Assembly: GCA_039029735.1 (NCBI GenBank)
Contig: JBCCFL010000034.1
Span: 1,890 to 65,889 of the forward strand
Reading direction: 5' to 3'
Length of the DNA stretch: 64,000 bases
Source: Actinomycetota bacterium
GTDB taxonomy: Bacteria > Actinomycetota > Acidimicrobiia > Acidimicrobiales > SZUA-35
Of this stretch, positions 19,307-28,124 are shown piece after piece. Under the pieces are notes generated by a model. That model searched no databases, was not told where the DNA came from, and saw nothing but the letters and a program-made list of their open reading frames with translations. Numbering within the stretch: the first letter of the stretch is position 1; every line of letters begins with the position of its first letter. The translations under genes and the position numbers were made by a program.

Positions 19307-19837
19307 GCGTCCGCGGCCCAGCGGCCAGAACCGCTGGGCCATTCGGGCGAACACCACGCCCACCACCACCCCAGCGGCGACGTCGGACGCATGATGCATG
19401 CGGTTGTGCACCCTGCTCAGCGCCACGATCGATCCCAGAATCGCCCAGATCGGGCGCGCCCGAGGAATCGACTCGGAGAGCAACAACGCCGCCAGCGTCG
19501 CTGAGCTGGCGTGCCCACTTGGGAAGCTGGCCGTCTTGGGCCGCCGCACCTCGTAGGCCCGCTCCTCGGACAGTGGCGGCCGCTCGCGCCGAAAGATCCG
19601 CTTGATCCCCTGGTTCACGACGAGCGACTCGATTCCGAGCATCACGGCGAGGCGAACGGCGTGCGGGCGGTGCCCGGGCCGCACCACGGCGATGGCGATA
19701 CTGATCGCGTGCCAGGCCACCGAGAAGTCGGCGGCCTCACTGGCGGCGGCGAACACGGCGTCGGGCACGGGTTTGCCCCGCACACGCTCGAACTGGGCGT
19801 CAACTGCCTCGTCGATCTGATGCACCGGGCCAGTCAC
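19301..19837 (-). CDS. PAP2-family phosphatase
   Basis: K.IFRRERP, SFPSGH, SRVHNRMHHASD catalytic motifs. Confidence 0.92.
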   Translation of the reverse strand: MTGPVHQIDEAVDAQFERVRGKPVPDAVFAAASEAADFSVAWHAISIAIAVVRPGHRPHAVRLAVMLGIESLVVNQGIKRIFRRERPPLSEERAYEVRRPKTASFPSGHASSATLAALLLSESIPRARPIWAILGSIVALSRVHNRMHHASDVAAGVVVGVVFARMAQRFWPLGRGRL

Positions 19838-19888
19838 GGGCCACAGCCTACGGCGGCGGTGGCCCCTGACATGGCCGGGTGAATCCGA

Positions 19889-20677
19889 TCAGCCCTTCGG
19901 CGCTGGATTGAAGGCCGGCTCACGCTTGGCCAAGAAGGCGTCCATCCCCTCGTGCGCCTCAGGGGTGTCGAACAGGGCGTAGTAGCTGCGGCGCTCGAAG
20001 AGCACGCCCTCGGCCAGGCTCGTCTGCTCCGCCCGATCGACGGCCTCGGTGGCCACCGTGGTCACGTGGCGGGCGAACCCACCGATGGTGGCCGCCACCT
20101 CCCGAGCTGTGGCGAGCAGTTCGCCGTTGGCCACGACACGGCTCACCAGCCCGGCCCGTTCGGCCTCGTCGGCCCGCATCATCCGGCCGGTGAGGATCAG
20201 GTCCATCGCCTTGGCCCGCCCCACGAGGCGGGTGAGGCGTTGGGTGCCGCCCATGCCGGGAATGAGGCCCAGCTTGATCTCCGGCTGGCCGAACCGGGCA
20301 GATTCACCGGCCAGGATCACGTCGCACATCATGGCCAGCTCGCAACCACCGCCGAGGGCGTAGCCGTTCACTGCTGCCACTTTCGGGATTCGGAGCGCAG
20401 CCAGGTCGTCCCATGGCGCGAACACGTTGGCGGCCGTCATGGACCGGTACGTGTGGCGTCGGAGTTCGCTGATGTCGGCCCCGGCGGCGAAGGCCCGGTC
20501 ACCGCTGCCGGTGATCAGGATGCAGCCGATCTCGGGATCGGCGTCCGCCGCCGTGGCCTCGGCCACGAGCGTGGTCATCACGGTGTGGTCCAATGCGTTC
20601 AGCACCTCGGGTCGATTGATGGTCAGCTCGAGCACCCGACCGTGGCGCTCGATCTTCACGACCTCCGGGCCGCTCAT
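19889..20677 (-). CDS. Enoyl-CoA hydratase (EchA8/PaaF-like)
   Basis: AFAAGADI, GYALGGGCELAMMCD, FGQPEIKLG, PGMGGTQRL; ATGA overlap with the upstream gene. Confidence 0.93.
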   Translation of the reverse strand: MSGPEVVKIERHGRVLELTINRPEVLNALDHTVMTTLVAEATAADADPEIGCILITGSGDRAFAAGADISELRRHTYRSMTAANVFAPWDDLAALRIPKVAAVNGYALGGGCELAMMCDVILAGESARFGQPEIKLGLIPGMGGTQRLTRLVGRAKAMDLILTGRMMRADEAERAGLVSRVVANGELLATAREVAATIGGFARHVTTVATEAVDRAEQTSLAEGVLFERRSYYALFDTPEAHEGMDAFLAKREPAFNPAPKG

Positions 20678-22083
20678 GAGTCCCAGATGGCGCCGTAGGC
20701 GGGGATGCCTCGACGTTCCATGCCCTCGACCACCTTCCAGGTGAGGGTCTTGTTCGAGATGCAGATCACGGCCTCGGCGTCGAACGCCTGCACGGCCTGC
20801 CACGTGAGTTTCACCATGTCGGGTTTGCCCTTGGCGGTGGTGTCCCAGAACGTGGCGTTGGGTTCGACGTCGAGGATCTCATCCACGAGCCCCTGGCCGT
20901 AGGTCGTCCACGGGTCACGCGTGGCCCACACGAGATGGGCTGGCACCTCCTGGGCCAGCAGGTGGGGGAGCGTCGGGCCGATACCGCTTCCGGTGGCCAC
21001 CCACACCACCCGCGTGAACAGGCGGTCCACGTTGCCGACACCGGCGGTGGTGATGCCCTTCACCCACACGTGCGATGGCATGTCGTCGATGAACTGGCCC
21101 GTCCAGTCGCCGGCCCGCGAGATCGTGAGGCGGAAGCCGCTGCGATCCGGGCTCGGAACGTTGGCGAACGAGTGCCACTCCAGCAGTGGGTTCCGACTCA
21201 GCGTGGTGGAAGATCCGGCGAAGGGCGTCTCGCCGTAGTCGAAGCGGGCCAGGGCCACGTGGTCCGATGGCCGCTCGATGTCGACCGGCACCTTCTTCAG
21301 CCGCATCCAGGGCAACGCCACGCTCAAGGTCACCAGCGCAAGGAGCCAAACCCCGAGCGAGCTGCCCACGGCGGTGCCAAGGGCGGTGCTGCCTCGCCCA
21401 GCGTCGATGAACAGGATGGTGAACACCCAGAACAGCGCCAGCGACATCCAGCCGCCGAAGCGGTGCATCCGTTCGAACAGATCGTGGTGGGCAGCGCGGA
21501 AGGTCGGAATCGAGAAGCCGATCAGGGCGCCAAGCAATGCAGCGAGCCCCGCAGCCACGACGATCAAGCCGGTTGACACGCCAGGCCGATCGGTGGCCGC
21601 GTGCCACCCGAGCGAGCCCAACAGCACCACGAACCACAACGAGCCAGCGATGGCCCCTCCCACGTGGACACCACCGAAGTGGTACACCTTGCCGAGCACT
21701 CGACGAATCGAGAGCGGCCATGACGTGGGCGCAGCGGTTGCCACCCGGAACAACAGGTTGATCACGTGCTGCTGGCGGATTCCGATCGCCACCGTGAGGT
21801 TCACGATCGCCACGTTGGCCACCGCTTCCAGGGCGATGTCGCCCTGGAACCACCCGCCGGGCCCGATGGCGTAGACGGCGAGCGCCGCGTTGATTGCCAG
21901 CATCGTGACTGCCAGCCGGTTGTGGTGCATGAGCCGCTTCGTCGCCCAGATCCGGCGATGCCACGGCAGGAGGGGAGGCAGCTCGACTCGGCCGTGGTCG
22001 TCGGCGTCATAGAGGGGGATCGGCTCGCGCCGTGACGGCGCGCCGTCCAGATCCATTTCGGGGCGGGGATCGAGGGCAGTCAT
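20674..22083 (-). CDS. Integral membrane protein with C-terminal FAD/NAD(P)-binding FNR (ferric-reductase-like) domain
   Basis: About six TM helices with His (YHFGGVH, HHDLFERMHRF), then EWHSFA (FAD), AGDWT, VATGSGIGP (NAD(P)); ATGA overlap with the A-domain gene. Confidence 0.82.
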   Translation of the reverse strand: MTALDPRPEMDLDGAPSRREPIPLYDADDHGRVELPPLLPWHRRIWATKRLMHHNRLAVTMLAINAALAVYAIGPGGWFQGDIALEAVANVAIVNLTVAIGIRQQHVINLLFRVATAAPTSWPLSIRRVLGKVYHFGGVHVGGAIAGSLWFVVLLGSLGWHAATDRPGVSTGLIVVAAGLAALLGALIGFSIPTFRAAHHDLFERMHRFGGWMSLALFWVFTILFIDAGRGSTALGTAVGSSLGVWLLALVTLSVALPWMRLKKVPVDIERPSDHVALARFDYGETPFAGSSTTLSRNPLLEWHSFANVPSPDRSGFRLTISRAGDWTGQFIDDMPSHVWVKGITTAGVGNVDRLFTRVVWVATGSGIGPTLPHLLAQEVPAHLVWATRDPWTTYGQGLVDEILDVEPNATFWDTTAKGKPDMVKLTWQAVQAFDAEAVICISNKTLTWKVVEGMERRGIPAYGAIWDS

Positions 22084-23720
22084 CGGGCCACCCCCTCGGC
22101 CTTCGCCTGCTCGAGCAGGAGTCGCTTGTCCACCTTGCCCCGGGAGGTGCGCGGGAGCTCGGCCAACGCCTGCACACGGGCCGGCACGCAGTAGTAGGGC
22201 AACATGTCGGCCACGGCCTCGGCGGCTGCCTCCACGTCCACCGTCTCGGGTTGGACGAAGGCCACCAGGGTGCGGTCGTCGTATTTGAGTGCGACCGCCG
22301 CCGTACACCCGGCTGCCGTCTCCAGGGCCGCCGACACGCTGTCGAGCTCCACCCGGAAGCCACGGATCTTCACCTGGTCGTCGGTCCTGCCGAAGTGCTC
22401 CAGCTGGCCATCGGCTGTCCAGCGGCCGAGGTCGCGGGTGCGGAACATCATCCGGCCCTCGCCCAGGAACGGGTCTGGGGCGTAGCGTTCCGCGGTGAGC
22501 TCGGGGTTGTGCAGGTAGCCAGCGGTCACACAGTCGCCGCCGGCCCACATCTCACCCACCTCACCGATCGGTAGAGGCCTCCGCTGTTCGTCGAGCACAT
22601 ACACCGTGTTGTTGGGAGTGGGGCGCCCGATGGTGAGATGGCCGACCTCGGGTCGGTAGTGCTGGGCGGTGTTGATGATCGTGGTTTCCGTTGGGCCACA
22701 CGAGTTGTGGAACCGGGCGAAGGCGCCCCAGGTGTCGGCGAGTGGCTTGGGGCAGGGCTCTCCCGCCACGGCGACCACGGACACCTGCTGGCAGCGGGTG
22801 GCGTCGATCGAGCCCAGGATCGACGGGGTGGCGATGATGACGTCGACCTGTTCGGCCACGGCTTGGATGTCGCGACCCCTGATCACGAGGGTGGCGCCGT
22901 TCATCAGCGCCCCGAGCGTCTCCCACGCCGCCATGTCGAAGGCGATGCTGAGGATCTGCCCCACACGCATCCCGGGGCGCATGCCGAGGTCGCCGGGCGA
23001 GGTGAGCAACACGTTGCACACGTTGCCGTGGGTGACCTGCACGCCGTTCGGCCGGCCGGTGGTGCCCGACGTGAACAGGATGAAGCATCGGTGATCAGGC
23101 GAGACATCAACCGATGGGGCGGTCGCGGCGAGAGTCGAGGGATCATCGAGCACCTCGGCCGCTGCCATCAGCGCGTCTATCGCGATCACTGTGGTGCCGG
23201 GAAGGTCAGGTAGTTCGTCGAGCAGGTCGGACAGCGTGAGCACGACGGATGCGCCGATCTCGTTGGCCACGTGCTGGAGCTGACTGGCAGGGGCGACACC
23301 GACGTGCTGGGGGACGTACGCCGCCCCGACCTTGAGCGTTCCCAGCATGCCGACCACCATCGGGATCGACCGGCTCAGGAACAGTGCCACGTTGTCGCCG
23401 GGCCGCACCCCCAGTTCGATCAGTTGCTGTGCCAGGCGGTTGGCGTGGGCGTCCAGGTGGCCGTAGGTGATGGTGGAGCCTTGGTGCTCGACCGCAGTTG
23501 CCAGCGGGCGTTCCGCGGCGCGAGCTTCGAACGCCTCGTGGATCAGCTGGTGCCGGGGAGCCACGGCCGGCCCCTGACCGAAGCGGACGAACTGCTCCTG
23601 ATGAGCCGGTGCCAACGAGGCGAGCGCCGAGCGGAGGATCTCCGGCGGGTCGGCGATGTGGACCTCGGTGGTTTGGGGCCCGGTTTCGGGCACGCGGGTG
23701 GGAACAATGGTCGTGGCCAT
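22080..23720 (-). CDS. Stand-alone NRPS-type amino-acid adenylation domain (no T or C domain)
   Basis: A2 LKVGAAYVP, A3 FTSGTTGRPNG, A4 FDMAAWE, A5 NSCGPTE, A7 FRTRDL, A8 GRTDDQVKIRGFRVEL, A10 GKVDK; ends about 14 aa after A10; AAGGAG RBS. Confidence 0.9.
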   Translation of the reverse strand: MATTIVPTRVPETGPQTTEVHIADPPEILRSALASLAPAHQEQFVRFGQGPAVAPRHQLIHEAFEARAAERPLATAVEHQGSTITYGHLDAHANRLAQQLIELGVRPGDNVALFLSRSIPMVVGMLGTLKVGAAYVPQHVGVAPASQLQHVANEIGASVVLTLSDLLDELPDLPGTTVIAIDALMAAAEVLDDPSTLAATAPSVDVSPDHRCFILFTSGTTGRPNGVQVTHGNVCNVLLTSPGDLGMRPGMRVGQILSIAFDMAAWETLGALMNGATLVIRGRDIQAVAEQVDVIIATPSILGSIDATRCQQVSVVAVAGEPCPKPLADTWGAFARFHNSCGPTETTIINTAQHYRPEVGHLTIGRPTPNNTVYVLDEQRRPLPIGEVGEMWAGGDCVTAGYLHNPELTAERYAPDPFLGEGRMMFRTRDLGRWTADGQLEHFGRTDDQVKIRGFRVELDSVSAALETAAGCTAAVALKYDDRTLVAFVQPETVDVEAAAEAVADMLPYYCVPARVQALAELPRTSRGKVDKRLLLEQAKAEGVAR

Positions 23721-23933
23721 CGTGATCTCCTTCTCGTTCGATGACGGCGGGCTGCGCCTCGCGGTGCTCGGCTCCGTTTCCGAGGTCGGGACGCAGGTCG
23801 GCAAACCGGGCCATCCCGGTGATGGATCCGTGCTTTCACCGGTGTTCAGTGCACGATCAGAGATATGACCACCCGGTCAGAGTCATGACACACGGCGCAT
23901 CGGGATTGGCCGCGGTCGGCTAGACAGGAGTGC

Positions 23934-24938
23934 ATGGATCAACCGCTCCGATTCGGGATCCTGGGCGCAGCCCGGATCGCACCCAAGGCTCTGATCGATC
24001 CGGCGAAGAAGGTCGACTCAGTTGTGGTGACGAGGGTCGCCGCCCGGGATCGGTCGCGGGCCCAGGCCTTCGCCGCCGAGCACGGCATCGCAGGCGTGGC
24101 CGATGACTACCAGGCCCTGGTGGAGGCCGACGACGTGGACGTGGTGTACAACCCGCTGCCGATGTCGCTCCATGCCGAGTGGACGATCGCCGCCCTTCGA
24201 GCGGGCAAGCACGTGTTCTGCGAGAAGCCTTTCGCCGCCAATGCCACTGAGGCCCAGGAGATGGTGCGGGTCGCCGACGAGGAGGGCCTCGTGCTCGGCG
24301 AGGCATTCCACTATCGGTACCACCCGCTGTTCGGACGCCTTCTGGACGAGGTGCAGTCCGGCCGGATCGGCGACCTTCGGCGCCTGGACGCCTCGTTCTG
24401 CGTGCCGATTGGTCGCCCTGACATCCGGTGGGACTTCGCAACAGCCGGGGGCTCGTTGATGGACCTCGGGTGCTATCCGATGAGCTGGGTGCGCCACATC
24501 ACCGGCGCCGAGCCCACTGTGCGTTCGGCAACGGCCACTGTGCTCGACGACGCTCCCCACATCGACGCCGACATCGAGGCCAACCTGGCGTTCCCTGGTG
24601 AGGTCGAGGCCCGAGTGACGAGTTCGATGATCGACGAGAACCGTCGGATCGAGCTCGTCATCGAAGGCACCGCCGGCCGCATCGACGTGGTCAACCCGAT
24701 GGCACCCCAGATGGGCAATCTCGTGCGGATCGAAACCGAGCGAGGTGTGACTGCGGGCCCCATCGACGGTGGCATCAGCTATGACCACATGTTCCGTGCC
24801 TTCGTGGACCACCTCTGCCTCGGTGCGCCGTTCCCCACTCGAGGAGCGGACTCGGTGGCCAACATGGCGGCGATCGACGCGGTCTATGCCGCCGCGGGGC
24901 TCCCCGTCCGAGGCACCGATCCGGGTGACGGGTCATGA
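23934..24938 (+). CDS. Gfo/Idh/MocA oxidoreductase
   Basis: GILGAARIA, GKHVFCEKP, GGSLMDLGCY. Confidence 0.93.
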   Translation: MDQPLRFGILGAARIAPKALIDPAKKVDSVVVTRVAARDRSRAQAFAAEHGIAGVADDYQALVEADDVDVVYNPLPMSLHAEWTIAALRAGKHVFCEKPFAANATEAQEMVRVADEEGLVLGEAFHYRYHPLFGRLLDEVQSGRIGDLRRLDASFCVPIGRPDIRWDFATAGGSLMDLGCYPMSWVRHITGAEPTVRSATATVLDDAPHIDADIEANLAFPGEVEARVTSSMIDENRRIELVIEGTAGRIDVVNPMAPQMGNLVRIETERGVTAGPIDGGISYDHMFRAFVDHLCLGAPFPTRGADSVANMAAIDAVYAAAGLPVRGTDPGDGS

Positions 24939-25399
24939 CCGATTTCCGGGTGGGGGCGTCCATCCCCGCTCCGCCTGCGGCCGTGTTCGAGGTGATCGCC
25001 CACGCTGAGCGCTTCGCCGAGGTGGTGCCCCACATCGAGCGAATCGAGTTCGTCAGCGAGCAACGCCGAGGGGTGGGCACGAGGTTTCGAGAAACTCGCC
25101 TGTTCAAGCGGCGGGAGGCCACCTCTGAGCTGGAAGTCACTGGCTACGAGCCGCCGCGTCTGGTGAGGCTGGTGGCTGACGAGGGCGGCACCGTGTGGGA
25201 CTCGACCTTCACCCTGGCGGCCTCCGCCGACGCCGCGGCAACCGACCTCACCCTGGTGATGACGGCCAGCGCCTACACCTGGTCGGCGCGACTGCTGAAC
25301 CCCGTGCTCCGGCGGGTGATCACCAAGGGCCTCGTCGACGACCTCGACGCCGTGGCCGCCCACTTCGCATCGCCCGCCTCAGGCGGGGGAGGCGAGTAG
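24935..25399 (+). CDS. SRPBCC/polyketide-cyclase-family protein
   Basis: IPAPPAAVFEVI, GVGTRFRETR, C-terminal helix; ATGA overlap. Confidence 0.85.
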   Translation: MTDFRVGASIPAPPAAVFEVIAHAERFAEVVPHIERIEFVSEQRRGVGTRFRETRLFKRREATSELEVTGYEPPRLVRLVADEGGTVWDSTFTLAASADAAATDLTLVMTASAYTWSARLLNPVLRRVITKGLVDDLDAVAAHFASPASGGGGE

Positions 25400-26251
25400 C
25401 GGCTCCATCGTCTCGTCGACCTCCAGCGCGTCTCCCACCGAGATCACGGTGCCAGCGGGCCCGATGGAACAGCCCACGCCGAACACCGCGTTGCCCTCGA
25501 TGACCGACCGCATGATCTCGTTGTAGGCCGGAGCGGCATCCACCCAGCGGTGTGCCTTGAGTACCACGGCGGGCTCCTTGCGACGCTCACCGCTGTTCTG
25601 ATCCACCTGCGGCACCGCACACCGCGGCCACGGGGCTCCGTGGGCGAGTGCGGCGGCGCCGATTCGGAACCGGGCCCACGTGTCCTCCGCGAACGGCTCG
25701 GGACCATCGACCACGACGTTGGCCCTGAAGCGGTCGATGCCGAACGGTTCGTTCGCCCGTTCCTCCAGCCAGGTCGACGAGGCCGTGTTGGCCACCAGCA
25801 CGGGGGCGAGATCGCTGAACGCGATTCGCTGCCCGCCGAACACATCGAGCGGTTCCGGCGGCACCAGCTCCGACTCCGGCGTGCGGGCGTAGAGGCGTGC
25901 GCTGTCGCCGAGCAGGGCGGTGAACCACTCGGCCGCCGCCTCGCCAGCGTCGCCGACTAGCACCTTCACCCCGATCAACGAACCGGTCTCGGTATCAGCC
26001 GTCGAAGGTCGCTCGACCTCGATCGTCGGTTGGCCCGGCGCCGACAGCCGCAGGCCCCCGTCGATCGGTACGGCGTCGACCGTGGCCATCACCGCGTGCT
26101 GGCGCTGGGTGAGCGGCGTGATGCCGGCCGCCACCTGCCACTCGCGGTCACCGACGAGCCCGACCGGCCCGACCGTGGCCGACTGCACCGAGAGCGCTCG
26201 GCACGACTTGATCGGGTGGATGTGGAGGCTCTTCACGACACCGACAGACAT
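25379..26251 (-). CDS. MOSC-domain protein (YcbX/mARC-like)
   Basis: HPIKSC, DREW, RFRANVVV, FAEDTW, PWPRC. Confidence 0.9.
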   Translation of the reverse strand: MSVGVVKSLHIHPIKSCRALSVQSATVGPVGLVGDREWQVAAGITPLTQRQHAVMATVDAVPIDGGLRLSAPGQPTIEVERPSTADTETGSLIGVKVLVGDAGEAAAEWFTALLGDSARLYARTPESELVPPEPLDVFGGQRIAFSDLAPVLVANTASSTWLEERANEPFGIDRFRANVVVDGPEPFAEDTWARFRIGAAALAHGAPWPRCAVPQVDQNSGERRKEPAVVLKAHRWVDAAPAYNEIMRSVIEGNAVFGVGCSIGPAGTVISVGDALEVDETMEPLLASPA

Positions 26252-26333
26252 GAAGCGGATCGTAGTTGGTCTGGCCTCGGCCGGCCGCAGGCATGTGTTG
26301 CCTCACCACCATGGTCGTCCTACGGTTCATGCC

Positions 26334-26741
26334 GTGGCCGACTCGCCCGAGATCCGCATCTCAGACATCGATCGCCAAGCGATGATCGACCGCCTCTCGA
26401 AGGCGTACTCGGAGGGCCGCCTCACCGAGGGCGAGTTGGGCGAGCGGATCATGGCCGCCGGCGAGGCGCGCACTGCGGGGGAGTTGGCCGAGCTCGCCCG
26501 CGACCTTCCGGCCCCGTTGCCGGCACCAGTGGAGCGGCCGGTTGCCGAGGGGTTCCTGGCTCGGCTCGCCGGCACCCAGGTGTTCTTCATTGCGCCGATC
26601 ATCTGCACCGCGATCTGGCTCATCACAAGCCCGACGGCCTATTTCTGGCCGGTGTGGGTGTGGTTCGGCTGCATGATCCCGGTGTTGTTCGCGTTGCTCT
26701 CGAACGGCGACGATGACGAAGACGAGGAACTCGACGACTAG
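26334..26741 (+). CDS. DUF1707 (SHOCT-like) protein with C-terminal 2TM
   Basis: RISDIDRQ...L.KAYSEGRL...E..ER; YFWPVW. Confidence 0.85.
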   Translation: MADSPEIRISDIDRQAMIDRLSKAYSEGRLTEGELGERIMAAGEARTAGELAELARDLPAPLPAPVERPVAEGFLARLAGTQVFFIAPIICTAIWLITSPTAYFWPVWVWFGCMIPVLFALLSNGDDDEDEELDD

Positions 26742-26757
26742 CCGGGGGTGATCGGGC

Positions 26758-27249
26758 GTGGCGGAGAACCTGGGTTGGCTGGTGGTCCTGAGCACGCCGA
26801 TCATCGTGATCGTGGGCTCGTGGGTCACCGCCGTGATCAACTTCGACAAGGGCAAGCGCACGCCGGGCACGGTCGGTGTCTTCGCTCCGATTGCGGCGAT
26901 CGTCGCATCGATCGTCGCCGCCATCGGCGGTCTGATCCTGATTCTGAACACGGAGGCTGGCGAGGACTTCTTCGCCACCCTCGTGTGGATGTGGCTCGTC
27001 GTCGTGGTGGTGGTGCCGGCCGTTGGGCTTCTCGTGCTGTTCGTCGGGTTCACCTGGTCGGCGATCGGAGCCAGCCGGCTTGCCCGGCCCGATTCACGCT
27101 GGGCCAACGCGCGCTACGGGCCCGCCAAGATGGCGCGAGCGATGGCTCGATATCCCGACGTGGTCATGCCCGCCGTCTTGCCTGGACCAGCGACCGTCGC
27201 TCCACCCAGCGCCCCCGGGGTGGATGCGCCCCCTTGGTCGCCGTCTTGA
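26758..27249 (+). CDS. Hypothetical membrane protein (about 3 TM)
   Basis: Hydrophobic segments and codon bias; no family recognised. Confidence 0.65.
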   Translation: MAENLGWLVVLSTPIIVIVGSWVTAVINFDKGKRTPGTVGVFAPIAAIVASIVAAIGGLILILNTEAGEDFFATLVWMWLVVVVVVPAVGLLVLFVGFTWSAIGASRLARPDSRWANARYGPAKMARAMARYPDVVMPAVLPGPATVAPPSAPGVDAPPWSPS

Positions 27250-27305
27250 GTCCGGCCGGAGTGGCCTCCTAAGTTGGCCTGACATCCGAGTTCTTGGGAG
27301 GCCAC

Positions 27306-28103
27306 ATGTCCGACGCTGTGCTGTACGAAGTCGACGATCACGTGGCGGTGATCACCCTCAATCGCCCCGACCGGCTGAACGCATGGAACGATGCCATCCA
27401 CCGGGGCTACTTCGATTCCCTTGATCGCGCTGCCGCCGACCCCGACGTGCGGGTGATCGTGGTCACCGGTGCCGGCCGCGGGTTCTGTGCGGGTGCCGAC
27501 ATGAACGTGCTCCAGGGCATCGGCGAGGGCCGAGGCGCGGAGGAAACCAGTGGTGAGCCCGACCTGCGCGACGCACGTCATGCGATGTCGATTCCCAAAC
27601 TGGTGATCGCCGCCGTGAACGGTGCGGCTGCCGGGCTCGGCCTCGTGCACGCAATGGCGGCCGACATGCGCTTTGCCGCGGAGGGCGCCAAGTTCACTGT
27701 GGCGTTCAGCCGGCGGGGGCTGGTTGCCGAGCACGGCCTGTCATGGACGTTGCCCCGCCTGGTCGGCCAGGCGGTGGCGATGGATCTGATCGTGTCGGGC
27801 CGGGTGATCCTGGCCGAGGAGGCGAAGGAGCTCGGGCTCGTGAACCGGGTGTCGGCCCCTGACGCATTGATGGAGGAGACGCTCGCCTACGCCAAGGACG
27901 TGGCGGCCAATGTGTCGCCCATGTCGATGGCCATCATGAAGCACCAGGTGTACGAGCATCCTCTCATGAGCCTCGACGACGCCATGGACGAGTCGAACCG
28001 CCTCATGCGCGAGTCGCTGCGCCGCCCCGACTTCAAGGAGGGTGTCGCCAGCTTCGTCGAGAAGCGGCCGCCGCAGTTCGCCCCGTTCTCCGGGATGCCG
28101 TAG
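27306..28103 (+). CDS. Enoyl-CoA hydratase/isomerase
   Basis: LNRPDRLNA, GFCAGADM, FSRRGLVAEHG; GGAGG RBS. Confidence 0.93.
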   Translation: MSDAVLYEVDDHVAVITLNRPDRLNAWNDAIHRGYFDSLDRAAADPDVRVIVVTGAGRGFCAGADMNVLQGIGEGRGAEETSGEPDLRDARHAMSIPKLVIAAVNGAAAGLGLVHAMAADMRFAAEGAKFTVAFSRRGLVAEHGLSWTLPRLVGQAVAMDLIVSGRVILAEEAKELGLVNRVSAPDALMEETLAYAKDVAANVSPMSMAIMKHQVYEHPLMSLDDAMDESNRLMRESLRRPDFKEGVASFVEKRPPQFAPFSGMP

Positions 28104-28124
28104 CCAAGGAGTCGAGCGCGACTC

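Noticed and set aside
20674-23720. Conventional NRPS biosynthetic gene cluster
   Set aside because: No condensation, thiolation, thioesterase or PPTase functions; reported instead as an atypical system.
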